Part shown: one piece after another, positions 17,197 through 26,496 of the stretch
Numbering within the stretch: the first letter of the stretch is position 1
How the letters are laid out: each line of letters opens with the position of its first letter
Source of the DNA: a virus
Direction: 5' to 3' (one strand)
Virus record (IMG/VR): IMGVR_UViG_3300038435_000067
Span: 1-46,807 of that record
DNA length: 46,807 nt
Notes under the pieces: generated by a model
The model's database searches: none
Seen by the model: only the letters and a program-made list of their open reading frames with translations
What the model was told of the DNA's origin: nothing
Program-made: the position numbers and the translations under genes

Positions 17197-18933
17197 TTAA
17201 GGCTTTGCAGCAGGAGAAACCTTACTACCCTGCGCACTTGGAGGGTGTGAAACAATATTGCGAGCAAGAGTATTTAAATTAGCTCCTAATTGACCAGGAA
17301 ACACACTTTGTAATCCTTGTCCTGCGATATTAACAATTTGCGCTGTTACACTCATGTTTTGCACATTTTTTAATCCATCGGTAATTGCACCAATGACACC
17401 TTGTGCAGCTTCCTGACCCGGCGATAATGATGAATCAAGTCCAGCTTTTCCACCTAAAGTATTTACTGCCGCTTTGCCTTGCAATGTGGATTGTAAAGAT
17501 GCGGGCGTAAAAGTACCAGTGGCTAATGCTAACCCAAGCTGCGCACCTAATTTGCCATGTTGAAAATAATCTTGTATTTCTTTAGTATATTTTTCTCGTG
17601 ATGCTTTACTACCCACAAAACTACCAGTACGCAATGTTTCATTCACATTTAAACCAAGCATTCCGCTTAATGCTTGATTGCGGTAAAAATCACTATATCC
17701 CTGATTTGCATATCTGCCAACATTTCCGGCAATTCCGGGATTAAATTGTGATTGATATGCTAAGTTTGCAGCTTGGTTTTTGTCATATCCAATTGCCATC
17801 AAATTTAAAGTATTTTGTAATGTACCGCTATCAAAACCTTCGCCAAATCTTTTACGAGCTTGTTTAATTTCTTCTGAGAATTGTTCTATATTTTTACCTG
17901 ATATAGCAGTATATTGTGCAGATTGTAAAGTTAATTTACCGAATTCACCCACAGCAAACCCAGCTTTTAAGAAATTTTGCGCCACATTATTAAGATCGCC
18001 AGTTTTGCCCCGATCAAGTGGATTAGTGTTTAAATTTGGTACTATACCATTTAATATAGCATTATAGTTTTGCGAGCCACGATAACGGTTTTCAAATTCT
18101 TGGGCTAATGGTACGCTAATTGCTGCACCTCCAGTAATTTGTGATGAAGCAATTTCTTGTTGAGACATTTTTAAACCAAAGCGACTAAATCCAGTACGCC
18201 ATTGCGATACTGAAGCATTAGCCTGACTTGTGGCCAAAGCTCGTTGCTGAAGCATTTGTTCCTCTGTTAAAGCGTTACCGCCTGCAGCAAAATACTTACC
18301 AGCCTCATACCCACCAAGTGTAGCAGCTCCCTTAGCTATTAAACGACCTGTTATTGATGCTGCCGCAGCACCAGCAGCCGGAGATTTGGTTATGAAAGTA
18401 GCAATCCCAGCAGCCACCGCAGCACCAGCAGCTTCATAATTTGCACTATGCTCGTTTTGACGCCTATTTTTTTCAATATCAAAATAAGAACCAACATAAT
18501 TGCCAAATTCTTGATTTGCACCACCTTGAATACCCGCAGCAGCAAATGAGCCACGACTTGTAGCTCTGGCAATTATTGCGGTAGTTTCAGCTCCGGCATA
18601 CCGAGTAGCCAATACTGTAGCGCCAGCCAGCGCACCAGTCATCAATGAACTACCCATACGATTACCAATTAATTCAAGTTTTTTAGATACTGAATTATTA
18701 TAATCATTGACCGCTTTTTCAAAATCTTTACTTATTTGTTCAAATGGCTTTTGCACCATTTCATAAGGGCTTTTGATATTGCTTGGTGCGTTCGATGATT
18801 TACTAGCGGCATTAGCCAATTTATCTAGTGTGGAATTTAATTTTTGTAAAATACCAATTAAATAATCGTTGCTTCCGTTTGCGCCACCAGTGCTATTTGA
18901 GCCTTGATCAAAACGTATATTAATATCAGCCAT
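17197..18933 (-). CDS. Tail tape measure protein
   Basis: 578 aa, Gly/Ala-rich with helical segments. Lies between the chaperone-position gene and the baseplate genes. Confidence 0.7.
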   Translation of the reverse strand: MADINIRFDQGSNSTGGANGSNDYLIGILQKLNSTLDKLANAASKSSNAPSNIKSPYEMVQKPFEQISKDFEKAVNDYNNSVSKKLELIGNRMGSSLMTGALAGATVLATRYAGAETTAIIARATSRGSFAAAGIQGGANQEFGNYVGSYFDIEKNRRQNEHSANYEAAGAAVAAGIATFITKSPAAGAAAASITGRLIAKGAATLGGYEAGKYFAAGGNALTEEQMLQQRALATSQANASVSQWRTGFSRFGLKMSQQEIASSQITGGAAISVPLAQEFENRYRGSQNYNAILNGIVPNLNTNPLDRGKTGDLNNVAQNFLKAGFAVGEFGKLTLQSAQYTAISGKNIEQFSEEIKQARKRFGEGFDSGTLQNTLNLMAIGYDKNQAANLAYQSQFNPGIAGNVGRYANQGYSDFYRNQALSGMLGLNVNETLRTGSFVGSKASREKYTKEIQDYFQHGKLGAQLGLALATGTFTPASLQSTLQGKAAVNTLGGKAGLDSSLSPGQEAAQGVIGAITDGLKNVQNMSVTAQIVNIAGQGLQSVFPGQLGANLNTLARNIVSHPPSAQGSKVSPAAKP

Positions 18934-18969
18934 TTTCTTCTATTCTTTGATAAATTATCTTTAAGAAAA

Positions 18970-19593
18970 TTAATTGCTCGTAACGGATTTTGTTATCTTC
19001 TCCAGGTGATTGCAATAATTTAGCAGATATAAACTGGTTGCTAATAATTTCTTGCGCTCGAATTCTTTCAATGCCTCTGGCTTTTTTTTTATGATTTCAA
19101 TCAATGCCTCCACTTCATCAATTGGGAGGTCGCTTGGTTTAGTCATAGCCAAAAGATCAAACTCAATATATTCATTAAACATTTCTTCTAGCATTGCATA
19201 GGGTAACATTCCGACATCTTCTTCGCTCCAAATTTCTTTTCCGTCCGTTTTAAATGGAGATGGAGAAAGAGCTTTGGTAACAATTTTAATCATTTCTAAA
19301 TATTTCAAATTAAAATCTTCAAAACACTCATCTTTTTTAGCAAGGGCCATTACTTCTTTTCTAATCGAATTTTGTTCATGGCCAGTCAATAATCGAAATG
19401 TCCATTCTATCCCATTCAAAGTAAACATCTTTTGGGTATGCGCTCCAATTGTGATATTATCTAACATCGCATTGTAACGCATTAATGCTTTATGATTAGT
19501 GCCACTCGAATTAGAATGTAAATCCTTTTTTTGTGGCTCAATAGGTACATTTTTGATATTTTTAATTGTATCCAAAACTTCCTGTTTATTCAT
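18970..19593 (-). CDS. Tail assembly chaperone candidate
   Basis: 207 aa, immediately upstream of the tape measure gene. Called by position only. Confidence 0.35.
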   Translation of the reverse strand: MNKQEVLDTIKNIKNVPIEPQKKDLHSNSSGTNHKALMRYNAMLDNITIGAHTQKMFTLNGIEWTFRLLTGHEQNSIRKEVMALAKKDECFEDFNLKYLEMIKIVTKALSPSPFKTDGKEIWSEEDVGMLPYAMLEEMFNEYIEFDLLAMTKPSDLPIDEVEALIEIIKKKPEALKEFERKKLLATSLYLLNYCNHLEKITKSVTSN

Positions 19594-19970
19594 TATGCAT
19601 TACCCGCAAAAGCCGTCCACACTGCAGAAGCGGCAGTATTTGCAGTACATAAATATGCATCACCACTACCAGTATCTAACCATAAAGTACCAACTGCATA
19701 TCCTTGAGTTTTATCATTACTTGAAGTAGGTGCAGAATCAAAATGCACCGAACCAGCCTGTAGTAGTGTCCATCCAGCATCATTTGCCGGATGAGTACCC
19801 ACAACCGGAGCACTTGCCCCGTTTGCAAACCACGTACTCCCAGCATCGGTAACTAATGGTAGTGATACATAATTAAGTCCAATTGCAGCAGCTCCAGTAA
19901 TTGGCACAGCCGCATAAGTGGTAGCATTATCCCATGCTCCCTGAGGGTTTAAAAAAGATGTTTTATTCAT
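19593..19970 (-). CDS. Hypothetical virion protein between tube and chaperone genes
   Basis: 125 aa, Ala/Gly/Thr-rich, with a fibre-like C-terminal block GTLWLDTGSGDAYLCTANTAASAVW. Confidence 0.5.
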   Translation of the reverse strand: MNKTSFLNPQGAWDNATTYAAVPITGAAAIGLNYVSLPLVTDAGSTWFANGASAPVVGTHPANDAGWTLLQAGSVHFDSAPTSSNDKTQGYAVGTLWLDTGSGDAYLCTANTAASAVWTAFAGNA

Positions 19971-19980
19971 TATTTTACTC

Positions 19981-20403
19981 CTATAAATTACTTGAGGTTA
20001 CTGCATTAAATGTACAATCTCTAGTCATAACGTCGCCTTCACCGGGTGCGGCAATAGTTTGATCAGTAGGGTCTACTCCGGTAACTGCAAAATCCGGAGC
20101 TATTTGTGCGCCTGCGGATAATGAAACTGGTACTACCGTAAATGTCGCATTTGGGTTTGCAGTGCAGAATGTACGCCAATTTATATATTCATCCAAATTG
20201 GGCATTAATTCAGTCCACGACATTGCATCAATCATAGAGTTACCAACTGTTTTACCTGCTGGATTGCCCGTAGGTGTCATGCCTTGCTGAACTTTGGTAT
20301 TATAACGCGCACTTATCCTAAAATTACGAATTTGACCATTGGGTAAATATTGTATGCCATTTACATAAACCTCAACCCGATCATAAAAATATTGTGTAGC
20401 CAT
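19981..20403 (-). CDS. Tail tube protein
   Basis: 140 aa, directly downstream of the sheath gene, which is the canonical sheath-tube order. Confidence 0.6.
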   Translation of the reverse strand: MATQYFYDRVEVYVNGIQYLPNGQIRNFRISARYNTKVQQGMTPTGNPAGKTVGNSMIDAMSWTELMPNLDEYINWRTFCTANPNATFTVVPVSLSAGAQIAPDFAVTGVDPTDQTIAAPGEGDVMTRDCTFNAVTSSNL

Positions 20404-20405
20404 TG

Positions 20406-23312
20406 TTAAACTCCTGTATTTGTATTAGTGTTAGATGTGTTAAATTGAAATAATGAACTAAATACATTAATCAATATGTTGGCACCATTAAGCTGCGGTA
20501 TAATTTGGCATGGTATGTAAGCATCAACTTGATTAGGATTTGTTTGATCTTGAGTAACACTTACTAAATTTTGATAAGCTTCTACATTTTCCACAACACC
20601 CAAAAGTTGACCTGCATTGAGAATTGCAATAATACCACTTCTAAATTGTCTAATAAATTGTGGTGAAATTAAAGCACTTCCGGCATTATTTGGCAATACG
20701 CTAATGGTTTGATAATATTGAGCCACTTGTTGTTTTAACCAACGTACACAATCCCATATATGAGTATATCTAAATTCAATGTCCGGAGTGGTTGTATTTG
20801 GTATAGTAGTTTGCGTAGTGTTAGATTGTAAAATTTGCACCAAACCGCTGGAATTAGGTGCTAATGGTAACCATCCTTGATTAACAGCAATATCACCTGT
20901 ACCACCTTGTGTAGATTGATAGCTAGTAGTATTTGCAATGCTAGAAATCGGTAAATGATTAATTGTAGAACCACCAAGTGACGGATATGGAGTATCACCA
21001 TTTGCTAACATGTACATAACAGCACTTGTTACACGTCCACCTGCCACAGTACCAGCATCATTTTCATAAGGAATATTACCAAATTGAGCTACATAAGGAT
21101 ATGTAACTAAAATATTTTGATAATTGTTTCTATTTGGCAAAGTTGAAGCTTGAGATGGCAACACTGAAATATTACCAGCAGCGCCATAAGTCAAGTAATG
21201 ATTATTTAATACTTGATTCGGATTATTTATTGCTGTAATACCATTATAAAACGCTGCCTGTGTGGTAGTAATTTGTGACAATGTTGTAATTGGGAATTGC
21301 AAGACTGCACCGTACAAATTAATATTGTCAAGATAATCAAATGCACTTAAAGTATTATCTAATGATACTGCAATAGTTCCAAGTGTGTTAAATCCACCAA
21401 CTACATCAATTAAATTAATTACTCCAGTTCCACCACTGTCAGTAGGATTAATAGTAAATCCAGCAAATACAGCTGTTGCCGTTGTAGAGCCAGCATTCCA
21501 TCCTATACCGTCATATGAGGCAATTATACCACTAGGATAACCAGCTAAATAAATATTATTTGCATATAACACTGTTACATATGCTCCAGTAGCGCCAGCA
21601 CCCGTTGATAATGCCCAAGTTGTACCATTTGCAGAATGATAAATTCCAACTCCACTACCAGCTATTAATGTAGTGCCATTAGTTGCTAACGAAGTAAATG
21701 ATCCTGTTGTTGCGCCTGTCGTAATTGTCCAAGCTATACCATTTGTGGAATAATAAATGCCCACGCTTGTAGCGGCAACCCATACATCCAAAGTCGAATT
21801 AAAAGTAATTGCTTTAATATTTAGAGTTGTCAAATTACTTGGAGTAAAAGTTGTTCCATCAGTTGAATATACTATACCAGTTGTATTCCCGCCCAATTGA
21901 AATAATCCATTAGCAAAATATGCAGAGAAAAAGCCATCTGTACTTAATGTTAAAGCTGCAAAAGTAATACCATCTGTTGAATTATAAGCATCATCTCCAG
22001 CAGTAACAGCAACCCATACGCCGCCAGATGTTCCTACACCATAAGTAACTGCTGTAAAACTTGCATTATCATCACCAGAACACCCAGTCCAAGTAATACC
22101 ATCACTTGAATAAAATAAACCCGCCGTACTTGCAGCAACCCATTTAGTATTTGCAAAATTCACGTCAGTAAAAGTTCCAGAATTTACAGAACTTACCGTC
22201 CATGATGAACCATTTACAGAATAATAAAGTCCGGCATTTGTTGCTGCAACGTAAACAGAACCATTCCAATAAAATTTATTTATTGTATGAGTAGTAATAT
22301 TTGAAGATGTCCAATTTACGCCATCGCTTGAATAATCTATGCCTGCGCTGTCAGCACTTCCACGTAAAAATACCCCATTAGCAAAATAAAGTATTTGAGT
22401 AGAATCACTTGGCAATGTTACAGTTTGAGTTAAAGAACTTTCGCCATATTGAGTAGTTGGCAAGTAACCAAAATTAGTCAAATTAGCAATATAATATTGT
22501 GGTAAACCGCTAGTTAAACCCGATTCGGTAAGGATAGTATCTGTTTCATTGGTTAATAATGTTACATCACCACTAGTATATGTATACGTTAATGTAGCAG
22601 TAGAACCAGATACTTGCACTGAGTCAGGCGCAGGCAAATTAAACGGCGTAGGATTTGCATTAATGGTGGTATCTCTGTCACTTAATATTGATAGATAACT
22701 TGAAGGAGTTCCTTGCGTTGGAGGTGTGGCAGATAATGCAGTTTGGTAATAATCCCAAGTCATCAAAGTAATAGGGTCTGAGATATTAGGATCAGGATAT
22801 TGAACATTATTTAATCCAGATAATACCATTGGGTCGCCACTATCGCCAGCCGTTACAAATGCTATATTGCCTTGAATAGTTAATTTAGCTTGTCCTGAAT
22901 CAATTACTGCTGATACGACTGCTCCATTTAACATATCTTGACTTAGAATACCAGCCAATGCAAATCCAGTTAATTGAGTAAACCCAGCAGGAATACTAGT
23001 CCAAGTTAATACAGTTTGAGCGCCTACATTTGCCACAGTTGTGGGAGCTGGCAAATCTAGAGTAAAATTAATACCAATTGATGTAACTAAACCATAATAT
23101 GCTAAATAATTCGTAGCCGCAGTTCCGCCAGCAAATGAGGGTACTTGAATTGGTTTATATAGGTCAGGCTGTGAAAAACCATTTTGAGATAAAATTAATT
23201 TACCTCCGGTATTTCTTTGACCTATCAATAATGTTTGCTTACTTGTTGAACCCGATGTTGGGTTTGGCGTAAGTTGCGTGTTGATAATTAAATATCTCAT
23301 AAAAGAATTCAT
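20406..23312 (-). CDS. Contractile tail sheath protein with a large repeat-domain insertion
   Basis: 968 aa. Sheath-like N-terminus (LLIGQRNTGG) and C-terminal domain (DIEFRYTHIWDCVRWLKQQV...IPQLNGANILINVF). Residues ~307-606 hold eight ~38-aa repeats of the form YYSxDGxxW. Confidence 0.75.
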   Translation of the reverse strand: MNSFMRYLIINTQLTPNPTSGSTSKQTLLIGQRNTGGKLILSQNGFSQPDLYKPIQVPSFAGGTAATNYLAYYGLVTSIGINFTLDLPAPTTVANVGAQTVLTWTSIPAGFTQLTGFALAGILSQDMLNGAVVSAVIDSGQAKLTIQGNIAFVTAGDSGDPMVLSGLNNVQYPDPNISDPITLMTWDYYQTALSATPPTQGTPSSYLSILSDRDTTINANPTPFNLPAPDSVQVSGSTATLTYTYTSGDVTLLTNETDTILTESGLTSGLPQYYIANLTNFGYLPTTQYGESSLTQTVTLPSDSTQILYFANGVFLRGSADSAGIDYSSDGVNWTSSNITTHTINKFYWNGSVYVAATNAGLYYSVNGSSWTVSSVNSGTFTDVNFANTKWVAASTAGLFYSSDGITWTGCSGDDNASFTAVTYGVGTSGGVWVAVTAGDDAYNSTDGITFAALTLSTDGFFSAYFANGLFQLGGNTTGIVYSTDGTTFTPSNLTTLNIKAITFNSTLDVWVAATSVGIYYSTNGIAWTITTGATTGSFTSLATNGTTLIAGSGVGIYHSANGTTWALSTGAGATGAYVTVLYANNIYLAGYPSGIIASYDGIGWNAGSTTATAVFAGFTINPTDSGGTGVINLIDVVGGFNTLGTIAVSLDNTLSAFDYLDNINLYGAVLQFPITTLSQITTTQAAFYNGITAINNPNQVLNNHYLTYGAAGNISVLPSQASTLPNRNNYQNILVTYPYVAQFGNIPYENDAGTVAGGRVTSAVMYMLANGDTPYPSLGGSTINHLPISSIANTTSYQSTQGGTGDIAVNQGWLPLAPNSSGLVQILQSNTTQTTIPNTTTPDIEFRYTHIWDCVRWLKQQVAQYYQTISVLPNNAGSALISPQFIRQFRSGIIAILNAGQLLGVVENVEAYQNLVSVTQDQTNPNQVDAYIPCQIIPQLNGANILINVFSSLFQFNTSNTNTNTGV

Positions 23313-23323
23313 GTTTTGTCTCC

Positions 23324-23923
23324 TTAAACAACAATAACAGGGTTTAAATTTGTATCTAAAATAGCAATTTCTTCTAAAAGCGCTTGTGCTGCTACATAAA
23401 TTTGTTCATCTGGACTTGTAATATCAAAACCACCTTTTTGCAATTCCTGCTGATAAGCGAGTAAATCTACTTTATAATCCATTTCTATTCTAACTACTGA
23501 TTCTTTTGCATAAACACGAGTATAATCAGTCGAACACTCTTTTCCAATCCAAAACAACCCAGGCATAAATTGCTGGCAATAAGTAGTAAAATCCAAATTT
23601 AAATTCATCAACTGAATCAAATTAGCAATTTGGATAACATTTTGTGCTAAATCAACTCTTTGCTCTTGCAAACTAAAATGCAATTCAAGGCAAATTTTTC
23701 CATCTTGCGAATAGGCAAAACTATTTTTTTGCGATTTAAGCGGATAACAAAAAATACCCGGTCTTTGTTTACTCGCTAAATCGTCTTTAATATATGGATA
23801 TTGCGCAGATACAAATACTTGTTTAGTCCATACATTTACATTAGTCATGTAATCAACAATTAAAAAACATAACTGATTATCAATACCTTGCGTTAAAGGT
23901 AAAGCTTGAGTTAAACTCGTCAT
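23324..23923 (-). CDS. Neck / tail-terminator-position protein
   Basis: 199 aa, immediately upstream of the sheath gene. Called by position only. Confidence 0.4.
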   Translation of the reverse strand: MTSLTQALPLTQGIDNQLCFLIVDYMTNVNVWTKQVFVSAQYPYIKDDLASKQRPGIFCYPLKSQKNSFAYSQDGKICLELHFSLQEQRVDLAQNVIQIANLIQLMNLNLDFTTYCQQFMPGLFWIGKECSTDYTRVYAKESVVRIEMDYKVDLLAYQQELQKGGFDITSPDEQIYVAAQALLEEIAILDTNLNPVIVV

Positions 23924-24387
23924 GTAAATTTCCTAATAATTGCTTGCACTAATTTATCTTCAATCCATTTCATATCGGTTGCACTTAAATTTTTAAAATT
24001 TCGAGCTGGCACTGATTGAATATTAATTTTATTTCCCCTTACACTCACATAAGGATCGACATTTCCACCTGTTTGTAATACATCGTATTTCGATTCGGTA
24101 AAATGTTCCGTTTCTGGAATAGTTAAAGTTAAAATTGTTTTGGTGGCTTTAGGTTTCAAATCCCAATTTTCTGGGTTTTCTAATTCGCTACGTAAATGCC
24201 CGGTATCCTGCAAAGGAATATCAAAACCTTTATCTTTTATAACTTTAGGGCTATTCCCTTGCCATCTTTCATTATCGTTAAACTGTCCATCATTTTCAAA
24301 TCTATTCCATTGCAATTCTGCAATTATTTTTTGCGTTTCTTTTTCACAAAAAATCATTATTTCAGTAATAAACTGCTGCAACGTCAT
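23920..24387 (-). CDS. Virion morphogenesis / HK97 gp10-like neck protein
   Basis: ATG at 24387 (MTLQQF), 1 nt after the upstream stop, is preferred over 24456. The motifs LQDTGHLRSEL and VPARNFKNLS fit the tail-completion/morphogenesis family pattern. Confidence 0.5.
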   Translation of the reverse strand: MTLQQFITEIMIFCEKETQKIIAELQWNRFENDGQFNDNERWQGNSPKVIKDKGFDIPLQDTGHLRSELENPENWDLKPKATKTILTLTIPETEHFTESKYDVLQTGGNVDPYVSVRGNKINIQSVPARNFKNLSATDMKWIEDKLVQAIIRKFT

Positions 24388-24388
24388 T

Positions 24389-24949
24389 TTAATGCGGCGT
24401 ATATGTACCTGTAATTGCCAGGTTTTTGTTGTCACTAATATACGTTTGATCAGCAATTACATTACTATCATCGGGTAATGGGGGAGTTGCAAATGCAATA
24501 CCACTTTCATCGGTGCCCGAGGTAACTCCCGTGTGCACGTGCGTACCTAAATAATTGATAATTTCAACTAATAAATTTAAAATATCCGTTATTACGCCGT
24601 TAGTACTTTGCCCCATCATGGCATTTTCTTTATTCGATAAACCCACTGGCTGCATGTAAATCCCGGCATTTGCTGTAAAGTTATACCAGCTTTGTGAATA
24701 AGTTGCTATTTCTCCAGCATTTATACTAAATTCACTATCAGTAATTGCATTATTAAACCCTGTCATCATTACTTGAGTTGGTGACTGTTGTTCAATATTA
24801 ACTAACTGCGTTGGCAATGGCACAGACATAATGCCATAAGGGCTATACTGTTCAACTAAATTTGTATATGCGTTAATTGTACTTGTTTTTAATTCAACCA
24901 AGACACGCCCATTAGTTCCAAATGATGCGCTGCTCATTTCTGCTATCAT
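24389..24949 (-). CDS. Mu gp45-like baseplate spike candidate (atypical location)
   Basis: 186 aa. SPYGIMSVPLP and AGEIATYS resemble the PYGfsS-P and GE-a-Y blocks of Mu Gp45/gpV spikes. A C-terminal HVH (LGTHVHTG) resembles spike-apex HxH motifs. Confidence 0.35.
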   Translation of the reverse strand: MIAEMSSASFGTNGRVLVELKTSTINAYTNLVEQYSPYGIMSVPLPTQLVNIEQQSPTQVMMTGFNNAITDSEFSINAGEIATYSQSWYNFTANAGIYMQPVGLSNKENAMMGQSTNGVITDILNLLVEIINYLGTHVHTGVTSGTDESGIAFATPPLPDDSNVIADQTYISDNKNLAITGTYTPH

Positions 24950-26496
24950 GATTGCATACCTCTGGTGCGAGTAAAGTTAGAATTTATACCTTTGTTATCC
25001 GCATTATTATCTATAATAGGGTTATTATAAGATTCGATCGAATCTTCAGTAATATCAAGCATTGCGGCAATTGCTTTTGGTTTTAATCTAATGCCTTGAC
25101 TCAACAATGAGTTAAGTTTATCTAGATTTAATGCTATATCTTCGGCAACATTATCAGTGACTTCAAAACTACCAAAATCTTCCTGTTCGTTAAAATTTAG
25201 TTGTAACATTGGTTTTACAACTTGATCAATCATGCAATTACGAAGCATTTCACACATTGATGCTACATTTCTGCCCAATAAATCCTGTTGTGTTTTACCT
25301 AATGCGTAACTTCCTTTATCTGATAATCCGGCTAATTCTCCAGGGAATAAAATGGATGTAAGCATCATTTTGTCAAAATATTCGCTAACAGCTACCAAAT
25401 CTTGTAAATTAGCAGTGCTATCCATTTTGTCCATTATTACAGATTCTTTTGTACCTCTAAATAATAGATAAGAATTTCCACCGCCTGCTACACCTAAATT
25501 TTGTAATGCAAATTCGGTTTCTTGAAACACATCGTAACCACTCGGGTCATTTGCTTGATTAGGGTCAATAATAACCACAGGTACAGGAGAAGCTTTATAA
25601 TTAGCGCCATTATGTAATATTCGATTCATGTCTGTTCGCACTAAGTATGCATCATAAGCCGAACGTAATAGGCTACGTCCATAAGGAGATGTTAAACCAT
25701 CTAATCCTTTATAAGCAAAATGCACACATTTATTTTTAGGTATAATAACTGTACCGATAGGCTGTGCCCATACAGTACGCCATGGATAATCAAAATCGCC
25801 ACGTGAAGCATATGGATTGGGAGTTACTTGACCATTTGGGCCCACAGCATTAAACGATAATAAGTTGCCATAACCTACCCATAAATTATTGAAATAATAT
25901 TGTATAATACCATCATCTTTTAAATGACCTTGAGAATCCACACGATAAATAATAGATTGTGCTGGACGAGGTTCAATGTCTGTTATGTAAACATGACGTC
26001 CATCACTTTTATATTTTTTTTCACCAACAAAGAATCCAGCCCACCAAGCAGTTTGCATATCGGTTAATATTTCATCAAATGAACGATCTAAACCGTCAAA
26101 CATCTTCTGAGTATAATCTTGATATTTTTTGTTTTTATGTTGAAATGAACCAAATTCATTTTTAATTAAATTATTTAAAATGGTTAAGCCAGCCGACAAT
26201 ATGGGCTGCGTATAAACCATTTTTTGAAATTCAGAAATACTAACTGATGACGGATTAGTAATTAAATCACTGAATAAATTAAATTGATATGGATTTGCAG
26301 TACCGACAACGCCTTTTTCCCCATCATTAACAATGAGGTTTTCGTTCATTCCTTGAAATTCATCAATAACCGTGCTAATTTCAAAACGTGGCTTTGGTGA
26401 TCTAACTTGAGTGGTTTTTTGCTTTGTGTTAGTCAACATTTCCGAAGGAACTTTTGTTGGCGTATTTCTTGGTTTTACAGTATTAGTAATTGTCAT
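24946..26496 (-). CDS. Portal protein candidate
   Basis: About 516 aa from the ATG at 26496, which forms an ATGA overlap with the upstream stop (alternative ATG at 26523). It is the only portal-sized head-module protein, but it lies downstream of the capsid gene rather than after terL. Confidence 0.45.
   Translation of the reverse strand: MTITNTVKPRNTPTKVPSEMLTNTKQKTTQVRSPKPRFEISTVIDEFQGMNENLIVNDGEKGVVGTANPYQFNLFSDLITNPSSVSISEFQKMVYTQPILSAGLTILNNLIKNEFGSFQHKNKKYQDYTQKMFDGLDRSFDEILTDMQTAWWAGFFVGEKKYKSDGRHVYITDIEPRPAQSIIYRVDSQGHLKDDGIIQYYFNNLWVGYGNLLSFNAVGPNGQVTPNPYASRGDFDYPWRTVWAQPIGTVIIPKNKCVHFAYKGLDGLTSPYGRSLLRSAYDAYLVRTDMNRILHNGANYKASPVPVVIIDPNQANDPSGYDVFQETEFALQNLGVAGGGNSYLLFRGTKESVIMDKMDSTANLQDLVAVSEYFDKMMLTSILFPGELAGLSDKGSYALGKTQQDLLGRNVASMCEMLRNCMIDQVVKPMLQLNFNEQEDFGSFEVTDNVAEDIALNLDKLNSLLSQGIRLKPKAIAAMLDITEDSIESYNNPIIDNNADNKGINSNFTRTRGMQS

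Noticed and set aside
19593-19970. An apparently GC-richer 125-aa gene between the tube and chaperone genes, considered as a horizontally acquired insert.
   Set aside because: Neighbouring structural genes (tape measure, sheath) look similarly GC-enriched relative to the early region. Without computed composition statistics the contrast is not convincing.
21495-22394. The repeats in the sheath and fibre as a nucleotide-level tandem repeat, CRISPR-like array or DGR variable region.
   Set aside because: The periodicity is at protein level (~38 aa) with divergent DNA. There are no spacer/repeat structure, no reverse transcriptase and no template-repeat copy anywhere in the genome.
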